Shown piece after piece: positions 1 through 11,257 of a stretch of 64,000 bases of DNA (the stretch's first letter is position 1; each line of letters starts with the position of its first letter). The stretch is from the NCBI GenBank assembly GCA_043228905.1, contig JBHGNT010000017.1:13206001-13270000 (forward strand), given 5' to 3'. This DNA comes from Azolla caroliniana. Lineage: Eukaryota > Plantae > Polypodiophyta. The notes below the pieces were generated by a model. The model saw only the letters and a program-made list of their open reading frames with translations, was not told the origin of the DNA and did no database searches. The translations under genes and the position numbers were made by a program.

Positions 1-565
1 GACGCGCTTCTTCGTTCAAAATACTTGTCTTTACCGTTTGTAGGGACAAGTTATCTTCGGCGCAGGAGGTGCTGAGAGTCACCACCAAGTTCTCCCAACT
101 GTCCGGCAATGTACACATCAGGATGATGGCTTGCATTGCATCCTCCAACGGGAACTTGATCGCCGCAAGCTGGTTCACGAATCCCATGAACGTGCTTACG
201 TGTTCCACCATACTCTCGCCGTCCCGGTACTTGAGGTTCACTATCTTTCTCATCAGGGAGGTCCGGTTCAACGCATTCTTCCTCTCGTAGAGGCCCGACA
301 GCTTCCTCCACATCTCATATGCGTTGGTGTCGTTCGCCACGTGTTGTAGAACGCTCACGTCGACGTATTGCCGAATGGTTGCAACGGCTTTCCGGTTCAG
401 AAGCCTCCACTCCGTCTCAAGTACCCCCTTGGGTATTTCCGACCTGTCGATCGGTTCATACAGGTCCCAAACAATGAGCAGATCCTCCATCTTTATCTTC
501 CAGTCGGCGTAGTTCTGCGCATTCAGCACCATCATCCCCGGCTGCCCGCTGCTGCCGCCTTCCAT
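1..565 (-). CDS. copia family A gag, N-terminal part (3'-partial)
   Basis: MEGGSSGQPGMMVLNAQNYADWKIKMEDLL..., nearly identical to the ORF at 42760. Confidence 0.85.
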   Translation of the reverse strand, partial: MEGGSSGQPGMMVLNAQNYADWKIKMEDLLIVWDLYEPIDRSEIPKGVLETEWRLLNRKAVATIRQYVDVSVLQHVANDTNAYEMWRKLSGLYERKNALNRTSLMRKIVNLKYRDGESMVEHVSTFMGFVNQLAAIKFPLEDAMQAIILMCTLPDSWENLVVTLSTSCAEDNLSLQTVKTSILNEEAR

Positions 566-596
566 TTTCTGTGTTACCGTCGCTCTGATACCACTT

Positions 597-1241
597 TGTC
601 GGAATTCCGTGCTCGGCCACAACCGAGGAACAGGATCGATTCACAGAAAACGGGAAATACAACAATGCACGAAAACAATAGAGAGAAGGGCACACTGGAT
701 GTTTTACGTGGAAAACCCTAAATGGGAAAAAAAACCACGGGAGTGCAAGACTCCAACTATCACTATACGCGGGAATGTACAATGGCGAGCTGCAAGGCGA
801 CGACCTTGAACTCGCTGTCCTCGCCACAGGCGGCGGTATTACACAGAGGCGTCGACCTCTTCCTTCCTCCTTCTCTCTCACTCTCTCTCGGCTGCTCTCA
901 CTTCGCTCCCTCTTAGTGGAAAACAGAAAAAAAAGAGCAACAACTAAAACTGTTTGCCCTAAGTCATATTTATACACATATGACTTTCGGGCTATTTACA
1001 AATATAGCCTCAAGGGCCCTTGGCAAACATATTCACAGATATGTCCCCGCATCCGGATCTCTCTCCGGGTACATACGTCAACCGGCTCCGTAACCGGGGT
1101 CTTCAGCATCCGGCTCCGTAACCGGGTACTCTTCATCCTGCTTCATGCCGGGTACTCTTCATCATACGGTTCCGTAACAGCCTCCGGGCTTGCCGTCATT
1201 CATCTCCGGACATCCCATCCGGAGGGACCGAAATCCCAACA
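597..1241 (-). repeat. family A 5' LTR (645 bp)
   Basis: TG...CA ends, TATAAATA, homologous to 42140-42729; about 3 variant copies of the 28-bp U3 unit. Confidence 0.9.
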
Positions 1242-2215
1242 CGAACCACACGTCTTCCGAATTGGAGGTGCTTGCAGAGTCGAAGGCCGATATAGAGTTC
1301 GCTCTATGCCTCATTATGAATAGTCCGCCATAGTCGTCGTATTCGAAGTTGGTGGCGTAATTCGTGAGTTGTCGACGCCGACTCACTTCTTCTTTTTCGG
1401 CACTCCTCGCGGTGGCCGATTTTTCCGCAATAGTTGCAAGTTGTGGGCCTCATTTGCCGACCTTGTTCAGCATGGAAGCTCCCCCTTCTTCCAAAGGTTC
1501 CTTGATGGCTTCTGTGAAGTTTTGAGTTCCCTTCGTGTGATGGGTCAAGTCGACCTCTTCTACCGCCTTGACCTCGACCTCGTCCTCGGCCACCATCCGA
1601 ATTCAAGAAGAACATTTATCCTTCCGATGTCTTGGTTTTGGTTTGGACGTGGTTCTCTTCAACCATTAGCATTGATTGAAGGTTGAAGAACGAAGGAGGA
1701 TTTTCCCTCGCCAAGATTGCCGTCCTCAACGAGTCGAATTGTTGTGCGAGGCCGCCCAAGCATACTTGAACCATCTCGTCTTCGTCGACGATTATGTTGA
1801 TGGAGCCAAGCGAATCACAAATGCTCTTGATCTTGGTGGTGTAGTCCGACACAAACATATCTTTTTGCCAAATTTTGTTCAACTCTTGTCGGAGTTGAAG
1901 CTTTCGGGCGGTCATGTTGGCGGCGAAATTTTTCTTTAAGTTTGCCCACACTTCTTTAGGCGTCTTGGCCTCTCGAATGTGGCTAAGCATGTGGTCGTGG
2001 ACACATGTTGCCAAACAATACATGACTTGACTAGCCGCTTGCTCCCATGTTGAGTAGTCAGCGTTCTTTGGGTCGGGTCAATGTTCTTGAGCGCTGTTGA
2101 TATAGCTCCAATACCCTTGGCCGACAAGGTATTGGTTCATCTTGTACTCCCAAGATGAATAATTGCTCCAGTCTAGCTTTCCACTAGAGAGCGAGCTACC
2201 CATTTGTGTGTTCAT
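1242..2215 (-). pseudogene. copia family B gag/protease remnant (frameshifted)
   Basis: MNTQMGSSLSSGKLD...WEYKMNQYLVGQGYW; zinc knuckle CNYCGKIGHREEC; SEDVWFV; spread over several frames; parallels the 55252 ORF. Confidence 0.9.
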
Positions 2216-2581
2216 GTTGATTGTCGTGTCTTCCGTTTTTTCTTTCCTTCCTTCGGTCACATACACGTGCTACGTAGCGGCACTACGGTAGCCGATAACC
2301 GGATTTTGTCGTCGGCATCTCGAACACACAATCATAGAGTCGAGTGGGCTTAGTGGATTTTCTAAACCACATGCTCTGATACCATGTTAAGAATTAGGTA
2401 ACTAAGCAAGGGTTAATTAGTACCTAATTATGTGATTAAGTTAAGCGGAAGATTAAGTGATATGTGTGTGTATGTGTGTGAGAGGAAGAGAGAGAGGAAG
2501 TTACACTTATGAACAACACAAGATGGGGGATGGTTAACTCTATATTTATATTAAATTAGCATCATCATCATCAAAATACAA

Positions 2582-3021
2582 TGTTACCCCGTACGAGATG
2601 TACGGAGAGTCAAGTGTGATGAGCGAGGGTCGAATGTTATCATGATGTTGTGTGTGTGTAGGGGGCATAAATGTAATTGTGAGTCGATACGTATTGAAAT
2701 ATGAAATAATCATTTTCTCTCTCTCTCTCTCTCTCTCTCTCATCTCTCTTCCTCTCTCTCCCCTTAACGTTGAACCCCCTTGGGAGGGGGGTGGTGCCTA
2801 GAATGGCTCCACCCCCCTCCCAAGGGGGTTCAACGTTAAGGGGAGAGAGAGGAAGAGAGATGAGAGAGAGAGAGAGAGAGAGAGAGAAAATGATTATTTC
2901 ATATTTCAATACGTATCGACTCACAATTACATTTATGCCCCCTACACACACACAACATCATGATAACATTCGACCCTCGCTCATCACACTTGACTCTCCG
3001 TACATCTCATACGGGGTAACA
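2582..3021. repeat. near-perfect 440-bp palindrome (213-bp arms, 14-nt spacer)
   Basis: 2582-2794 is the reverse complement of 2809-3021, including equal-length (CT)n/(AG)n tracts; one mismatch seen (2594/3009). Confidence 0.97.
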
Positions 3022-3026
3022 CAATA

Positions 3027-3042
3027 TGGCACGCCCGTGGGA
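3027..3042 (+). other. primer-binding-site-like motif (tRNA-Arg type)
   Basis: TGGCACGCCCGTGGGA 5 nt after GGGGTAACA; same arrangement at 37957-37983; resembles the complement of the plant tRNA-Arg(UCU) 3' end (from memory). Confidence 0.65.
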
Positions 3043-5306
3043 AAGTGCCTTGCACGCCGATCCCACATGCCTTGATGATGATATTTCTTCGACCGGAACT
3101 TCCATCGGTCTTCTCAACGATCGACTCCCTCGATCGGAGCACTTGACTCGAATATCTCCTTCGGTCAGCGACTTCATCGACACGAACATTCTCGTTCTGT
3201 CGATTCACGAACATTGATATCATGGGTCCAAAAACGTTGTGTATATGTATCTTCCTTTTGTTGATTTTGTGAGTTGTGTGTCGATCACATCCATTTCTTT
3301 TAGGTTGATGAGTTTTCGAAATTTCGTAGGTGCCCTTTGATTTTTAAAATTTTAATTATGTACGCTCTAGTTTTTGAAATTTTACTCGATACCCTCAGGG
3401 TTTCAAAATTTGTCTCGTACCCCTATTTTATCTTTTTCCCTCTCTTTTGCTTTTAGGTCATTTTTACCTTCCCTTCTGTATTTGTCTTCTTCTCTCTTCT
3501 CTTCCTCCTGTCTGTCTGTGTCTCCTTCTGCTTCTTCTCTCCCTCTGATTCTCCCGCTTGATTCTCTCTCTGTCCATGCCTCTATCTCTAGTGCCCGAAT
3601 CTTGCTTTGCTCCTCCTCTCTGTTTCCTTCTTTCGTGTTGCTTTGGTCTGCGTTTTTCTTCTTCTTGTTCATTTCTGTTCTTCTTCTTTCTTCTTCTACT
3701 GCCATCGCTGTTTCCGGCATCGTTTGCTGCTTTTTTTTTTCTCCTCCCATAGACCGTCTCTTTCGTCGGTTGTCTGCCTACTGCTAGTCGGCTGTCGATG
3801 CCTCCATCATCGTTGCCATCTCTGTTTCCGTTGTCGTCGTCGTTTCCATCGCTTGGCCTCGTCCGGCAATCATCATCGTTGTCCGTTGCCTCTGTCGGTC
3901 GTCCATCTTTGTCACCGTTTCAACCGTCATCCGGTCGTCGGTGTCTTGCGTCGTCGCCATCTTTATCTCTGTCTTTGGCTCCATCTTCGGCCGCCTATCC
4001 AGACGTTGCACCGATTACGCTTCCGCCATTAGACCGTCCGATGTCTGGCCATCTCCATGTTTGTCGTTGTCCAGTGTCGTCCGGTCCAGCGCCTTCATTT
4101 CAGCGCCATTCGGCCACTCCGATTGCTCTTCGGTCGCACTTCAGCCGACTTTTTCCGGCCTCTCTTCCATATCTATCGGTGTCACCCCCTGGGTAGGATA
4201 CAGTCGACCGCTCTTCCGCTCCTATCCGGCCACACTGGCTTGTCTTTCACCGTTGTCCGTAGCTTTTTTTGCCGCCGTCGTTCTCAATGAACATTTTGCC
4301 ACCATTCGGCATCATCACCATATTCCGGCCGTAGCTGTCGCTGTCCTGTCGGTTCTTGTCATTCTGTTCATTTGTTTGGACCATTCCAGTATCGCTATTG
4401 CCGGCCGTCATTCGTCCGTCTCTGCTCGTCCTTGCCAGTCTCTATCCGGTCATCCTATGTCGCTGACTCTATTGGTTTCCATCGGTCTTCATTCGGTCTT
4501 CATACGGATGACGTTAGACTGCCGTTGTGGCCGTTGTTGTCCGGCCATTCAGGCTCTCCGGCTCCTGTCCAGCCGCTCATCCGGATGTCTGTCCGTTGTC
4601 TTTTGGCTGTGCGTCTGGTCTGTCTTCTCGGTCATCTGTCTGGTTCTTTCCTACCCGTTTTCGGTTGTGTCGCTTGAGTCTGTATGCTTCCTTTTCGCCC
4701 GTCCATTCGTCTCTGTCTGTGCTTGTGCAGTCTAGCTTGTCCGGTTGCCTCGTTTTGTTTTGATATTGTATAGTCAGTCCTCCATGTCTTTTGGGCGTTG
4801 TCAGTTTTTCTGGTCGTCAATGTCTCGTCAATGACAGCGTCTCCTTCTCTGTCTACGTTGGCCCCTCTATGTTAACCAACTTTGGGTCTGGTTCCGATTC
4901 CGGTTCCGACTCTCTCTGTGTTGCTTCGTTTGGAACCATCTCTCGTGCATTCTCAGCACATTTTGCCGGCCTCCGCTCCACATACTGCGTCTTCCACTGC
5001 AGTCTCCGGGTGGGCTTCTCTTTCCGGTCGTGTTGGCGCCGGTTCCCTCTGCGTCGCTGTTTGTCCAGCCGTGCATCTTGCACCACGCATTCAAAACACA
5101 CACATTGTCGCTAACCGCATTCGGAACCACGCACATTGACACATTGACTTGCACAAAACGTTGTTTCCATTTCTGCATTCCTCCATAGACTTCCTCCAAC
5201 ATCTTCACTGTCATTTTTACGTTTCGCCATTTCTTGCACTTAGTCGCTATGGCTTGCACATCCGCGTATCATTCTTCGACTTCATCTCCAAAGGGGGGTC
5301 ACCTTA

Positions 5307-5413
5307 GTGGTAATCATCTTACGCGTGTAACCTAGCATCCAATCCTTACCACCCCTTTGGAGAAGTGTCGGATAGACACCCGTGTTGAGGCTAGTCCGGC
5401 CAGACAGACAACA
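5307..5413 (+). repeat. gypsy LTR 3' (U5) fragment
   Basis: ATCTTACGCGTG...GCATCC...CCTTACCACCCC...TTGGAGAAGTGT...GACACC...AGTCC...CAACA aligns with 58235-58341; purine tract AAAGGGGGG at 5290-5298. Confidence 0.85.
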
Positions 5414-5667
5414 TACAAAAATACCCACAATGAGGTATATATAGATCTCATGTGCAAGGGTGCACATGTGTGAGGAGAATACAGGTACAAGGGTGTAAGT
5501 CCTATATTAAATGTACTTGGGAGTGGAGGATCTAGAATATCCCACTTAAGTACAAGGTCCTATCTAAGGCATTATAGTCAACACTTCTAACTAGATTCTA
5601 TCTAGGTAACTAAGAAGTTACATGGTTAACTAACTAACTAAACTAAGTTGTGCTTGATCTCTCAACA

Positions 5668-5826
5668 AGATTCAACATGTCGGAAGCAAAACTAGTCGAG
5701 TTTACGTTGACGACTAATTGTAAGTTGAATGTTAGGCAATGTCCAAAAAGGGAGAAGGACAAGGCTGAGATGAGGAAAGTACTATATGCCTTGGCTGTCA
5801 ACAATTTAATGTATGTTATGATCTGT
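5668..5826 (+). pseudogene. copia RT fragment (family A-like)
   Basis: Translates RFNMSEAK...NCKLNVRQCPKREKDKAEMRKVLYA...LMYVMIC, matching the RT at about 46050-46210. Confidence 0.8.
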
Positions 5827-5989
5827 TGATTTGGGTTTTCAAATACAATGGTCAAGTATGCCGATGTACAAATTTATGAGTTCTTTGAATTGTAGGTAAA
5901 TTGTGTGTGGGTATTTGTCAACGATGGAGGTAGGTTTTTAATTATTATTATATTAGATATTTTGAATTTATTAATTTAATTACTTATAT

Positions 5990-8900
5990 TGAGAAAAGTT
6001 GTTAATAGCAGCAGTGGAAGGGTTAAAACAAAATAGACACAACCAAGTTGTGAGAAGGCTGTTAGACACCAGTAGAAAAAATGGTTGCAAAGAGTAGAGA
6101 CACAACCAAGGAATAGAGCTTGTTTTTAAGTAGCAAAATAGAAAATGAAAACTATACACAAGAGGTTGGTATAGCCTATTAATACAAAATTGGGGAATGT
6201 GGGTGAAATGGTTGTTTGGTAGTTAACTGACCCTTGTACTACCAAACAGGTACAAAAAAGTAGGAATAAAAGGGAATATCTTGGAAAAAGTAGAAGAGAG
6301 AAAAGGCATTTAAAGCATTGCAGATTCTAGAGAGAGAAGGCATTTAAAGAGTTGTAGATTGTAGAAAGAGAAGAATCTGGGGAAAATAGATAATGTAGTA
6401 CAAAGATAATAAAGATGAAAGAGAGTGTAGGTCTGGCGCTACCACCCTCCAACACCTCCTCTTAGCTCCAGAACGGCGGTCCAACATTGAGTCGATCGAG
6501 GAGCTGGTCAATGACTTGCCTTGGAAGGGGCTTAGTAAATAAATCGGCCACATTTTCTTGGGTAGGACAATATTCCAAGTTGATGACTTGTGATTCCACT
6601 AATTCACGAACAAAATGGTAGTGCACTTCGATATGTTTTGTTCTACCATGAAATGCTGAGCTATGTGCCAAGGCACGGACGGGCACTTTGGTTGTCGATG
6701 AAAACTGCAATAGGAGAGTCTTGCAAAACACCAATGTGAGAAAACAATTGCATCAACCATAGCAACTCATAGCAAGTATCCAAGTAGGCGCAATATTCAG
6801 CTTCCGTCGATGAAGTAGAAACTGAGTTTTGCTTCTTCGATTTCCAAGAAATCAAGCTTGAACCTAACATAAAACAATAGCCAGATGTGGACCTTCTAGA
6901 ATCAATATCACCTGCCCAATCAACATCTGAGTAGCCAACAAGCTCAATGCCGCCTCTAAAAGACAGACCATAGTCGAGTGTGTTGGCCAAATACCGAAGA
7001 ACTCGAATAACTGCTTGCCAATGACTTTATCTTGGAGCACTTGAGAATTGGCTAAGGATACTCACGCTATAGGAAAAATCAGGCATGGTATAAGTTAAGT
7101 GAAGAAGGGACCCAATTAACCTTCTATATTTCGTGATATCCTCAAATATGGGAGAATTGTCTTCACGAGATAGCTTTGAGTTTGGATCCATTGGACAGGA
7201 GAGTGGCTTGCAATTTGACATGCTATAGGTCTCAAGGAGCTGCCTGAGATACCTATGTTGGCTGAGAAAGATACTACCATGTGATTGATAGACCTCCATA
7301 CCTATGAAATAATGGAGAAGTCCTAGATCAGTCATTTCAAAGGTTGTTTTTAGGTCAACACGGACCTCCTCGATTTTAGATGCAAGGGATCCTGTAATTA
7401 GAAGGTTGTCAACATATAATATGATCAAGCATAGCAAATTATCTTGGGAAAAAACATAGAGATTGCTATCAACATTACAGTTCTGAAACTGAAGAGAGAG
7501 AAAGAAGCTATCAATTTTATCATGCCAAGCTTTGGGAGCTTCCTTTAAGCCATACAAGGCTTTGTGTAACCTGTAGACCATGTTTTTCTGCTCTAAAATC
7601 TCAAAACCTGGAGGTTGTTCAACATAAACCTCCTCTTTCAAGTCGCCGTTACGGAAGACTGACTTGACATCCATTTGAAAAATGGCCCATTTGTTGTGAG
7701 CAGCAAGTGCAAGCGCACATCGGATAGAGGTGTACCTTGTTGTTGGAGTAAAAGTTTCCTCATAATCCACTCCTTCAACTTGTGAGTAGCCTTTTGCCAC
7801 TAAACGTGCCTTGTGCTTATCCAAAGTACCATCAGCATGGTATTTGGTCTTGAAAATCCATTTCAGTCCAATGACTTGTCGATGTGGAGGTCGTGGGACC
7901 AGCTCCCATGTATGATTCCGCGCAATGGAATCAAGTTCAACTTCCATTGTTGCTTTCCACTTTGGAAAAACCAGGGCCTCTTTTGTTGTTGTGGGTTCTT
8001 TTGATTGCGCAACAGTGCACAATAAGGCAAAGTTGCATGAGTGAAGAGGCCTTTGTGACTTACGTGTTCGAGAACCAGATGTATACTCATGAAGTTCAGC
8101 ATCTGAGAGATGAGAATCACGAATGGTGGCTTGAAGCCACTTGGGAAGTGGTGGAAGCTGGTTTGTAGAGGGAGGGGAAACAAGTGGAGTTGAGGGAGAG
8201 GATTGAATTGTCGGCGAAGTTAGAGATTGAGTAGGAGGAGATGGGGGGCTTGAAGATGAGACATCTTTGTCTAAAATAGGAGATTCCAGAGGAGCTGGGA
8301 TTTCAACCATGAACTCAGGTGAAATCCTAGAATCATCCAACTGAAACTCCACAAAATGAACATCGCTAGAGATGACTAGGGACTTTGACTCTAAATCCCA
8401 TAACCTGTATGCTTTAGATTGTGTGCTGTAACCAAGAAATTTGCATTTCTTGGTTTTGGACTCAAATTTCGTCCTTTTATGATCTAAAATGTGAACATAA
8501 GCATCACAACCAAAGACTTTAAAATGAGATACTCAGGGCTTTACACCTGTAACTGCTTTTGCAGGCGTCATTCCATCAATTGCTTTTGTTGGGCAGCAGT
8601 TGATGATGTAGACTGTTGTGTTGATAGCTTCACCCCAAAACAAGAGAGGAAGATCATATTGAGATAGCATCGTACGAGCCATCTCTTGGATTGTCCGGTT
8701 CTTCCTTTCCACGACTCCATTTTGTTGAGTATTGGGTGTAGAAAATTGGCGAGCAATGCCTCGTTGAGAGCAAAAATGGTGGAAAGCTTGGGAGATAAAC
8801 TCTCCACCATTGTCCGACCTAATCTTTCGAACTTTCTTCAATGTCTCGTTCTCCACGAGAGCTGCCCATCCTTGAAATTTTGGGAAGGCTTGGGATTTTT

Positions 8901-11257
8901 CTACAAGAAAATAAACCCAAACCTTGCAGGAGAAATCATCAATTATAAGCATGAAGTAGCATGCACCACCAAGAGTAGTGGTTTTCAAGGGACCACAAAG
9001 ATCCATGTGCACTAACTCCAAGATAAATGTTGCACGGTGAGTGGATTCATGAGGAAAAGGCTCTCGATGTTGCTTGCCATGAAGACAAGCAACACATGGG
9101 GTATTGGGAGATTTGAAAATAGGAAGACCCTCAACTAGTTGGGAAGAGGAGAACTTTTGAAGAGAATCATAGTTGAGATGACCAAACCTAGCATGCCACA
9201 ACGTGGGATCTTCTTGTGCCACCAAGGCATGAGAGCCTTGAAGAAGATGAAGAAGATGAGATTTGGACTTTACCAAGGGGCTATGGGAGCTTTTTAGGCG
9301 ATATAAACCCCCTTCTTGTGTGCCACTAGCTACAATTTGTAGGTTGTTGGTGTCAATCACCTCCAAAACTGAGCTATCAAAGTAGAGTCCATAACCTTGC
9401 TTGGCGATTTTGTAGACCGAAAGTAGGTTGGCAGAGATGCAATGCACATGTAGCACATCTTGAAGAACGACGGGTTCTTCATTTGAAGAATTGTCAAGAA
9501 ACACATTACCCACACATGAAGCCGCAATGCTTGAGGCATCTCCTATAGAGATTTGGGAAGAGCTAGGCTTCACATCATGCAAAATGGATTTGTCATAGGT
9601 CATGTGTGAAGTGGCACCACTATCTACTAACCACTCATCAATGGTTGATGTAGCTGGTCCAGCCAAATGTGAAGTATGTTCCTCAATGCCAAGGAAAACT
9701 GTTTCTTTGGCTGAGTGGGCCGAGTTGGATTTCAGTGTAGGTTGATTTTCGGTAGAAGAAGAGTTCTTAGCATTGTCCCTTTTCTTTTTCCGACAATCAG
9801 GCTGAATGTGACCTTTGTAGCCACAATAATGACAGGTAAGCTCCTTGTAGGCTGGGTTGTTTGGTGGTCTTGGCTTGGGTTTGTTGTAGGAGTTACCATT
9901 TTGCTTCCACTTGCCTTTACTTTTCGCATGTAGAAGTGTCTCATTGGAAATTTGAGCACTGTTCTTCCTTGTTGCCCTATCTTGTAGCATGCCAAGAAAT
10001 GTATTCATGTCATGTGTGTTGGGAAGAAGAGAAATGGTGTCACAAAAGGCTGAGAATGACTCAAGCAACTTTATCATTAGACAATGCACAAACTCAACTT
10101 CAGTGGACTTGCTTCCCAAAGAAACTAGTTCCTTTTGGAGAGTGACAAATTCCGTTATTTGATCCATGATGTTGGGAGTGTCATGAATCTTGAGATTTGC
10201 TAGTTGGCTTTCAATAGCTATCATTTGAGCATGATTAGCTCGATGATACCTCTTTTTGATGGTTATGCATAGTTCATTGGCTGTCTTTTCATCTTTATCT
10301 TGAAATTGACGAGTGATGCTCGGTTTAATATTAAACATGAGGAAAGCATGAACAAGAGAATCCTTATCTAGCCAAGCTTCAATCTCAGCGTTAGATGAGC
10401 CAGCAACTGATTTGGTGGAAGAGGATGAAGTTGCTTGTGGTTTCTTGTCACTACCATTGACTACATTCCATAAACGATGGTATTGTAGCAAGGTCTTTAT
10501 TTGTAGCTCCCAATCCAAGTAATTGTTCCCATCCAAGATGGATTCTTTGGGAAGTTGGGGAATGGTTGATGAAACAATGGTGGCATGTGAGGCCATGGAT
10601 ATCCTCCTCTTGATCTAGAGCTGGACAATCTTCTCCCTAGAGGCTAGGTGAGGCTCAGATGAGGGGAAAAGAAAACAGAAGAACCTCCTTTGTAGGGTTG
10701 GGAGGGAGGGATAAAAGAATATAGGTCTGTGTGCTCTTTGGCAAAAACAAAATCAAGTTGAGGATATAGAGACCTCACTGCTTTGATACCATGTGAGAAA
10801 AGTTGTTAATAGCAACAGCGGAAGAGTTAAACAAAATAGACACAGCCAAGTTGTGAGAAGGCTGTTAGACAACAGTAGAAAAAAAGGTTGCAAAGAGGAG
10901 AGACACAACCAAGGAATAGAGCTTGTTTTTAAGTAGCAAAATAGAAAATGAAAACTATATAAAAGAGGCTGGTATAGCCTATTTATACAAAATTGGGGAA
11001 TGTGGGTGAAATGGTTGTTTGGTAGTTAACTGACCCTTGTACTACCAAACAGGTACAAAAAAGTAGGAATAAAAGGGAATATCTTGGAAAAAGTAGAAGA
11101 GAGCAAAGGCATTTAAAGCATTGTAGATTCTAGAGAGAGAAGGCATTTAAAGAGTTGCAGATTCTAGAGAGAGAAGAATCTGGGGTAAAGAGAGAATGTA
11201 GTACAAAGATAATAAAGATGAAAGAGAGTGCAGGTCTGGAGCTGCCACCCTCCAACA
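5990..11257 (-). mobile_element. Ty1/copia family C, near full length, degenerate
   Basis: LTRs 10792-11257 and about 5990-6454 (roughly 5% different by eye); PBS TGGTATCAAAGC 10791->10780; PPT next to 6455; no TSD. Confidence 0.95.
6462..10596 (-). pseudogene. copia C gag-pol (gag, PR, IN, RT, RNase H) with stops and a frameshift
   Basis: CHYCGYKGHIQPDC; WLVDSGATSHM; LWHARFGH; IRSDNGGEF; ARLVAKGY; ALYGLK; ILYVDN; RTKHIEVHYHF; ADLFTKPL; stops at 8533 and 7027. Confidence 0.95.

Larger units (their letters stand above)
1..1241 (-). mobile_element. Ty1/copia family A, 5' end (LTR, PBS, gag start); runs off the window start
   Basis: LTR 1241->597 starts TGTTGGGATTTCGGTCCC like the 42140 copy and ends CA; tRNA-iMet PBS TGGTATCAGAGC at 593->582; gag ATG at 565. 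Inserted into the family-B protease motif (DVWFV|DSG). Confidence 0.93.
2582..5413 (+). mobile_element. non-autonomous retroelement-like insertion with non-matching ends and TACAA TSD
   Basis: TACAA at 2577-2581 and 5414-5418; starts TG, ends CA; removing it rejoins the family-B LTR just downstream of its TATA box. Confidence 0.7.
1242..5667 (-). mobile_element. Ty1/copia family B, 5' part; LTR split by a 2.8-kb insertion
   Basis: LTR = 5667->5419 joined to 2581->2385 (about 446 bp), starting TGTTGAGAGATCAAGCACAAC like 54712; PBS at 2384->2373; gag follows. Confidence 0.85.

Noticed and set aside
2578-3025. Palindrome as a stand-alone MITE/foldback element with ACAAT (or CAA) TSD
   Set aside because: Formally possible, but sequence after 3025 is a PBS and leader conserved with 37957-38260 rather than the host LTR, which resumes only after the second TACAA at 5414. 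Kept as the weaker alternative.
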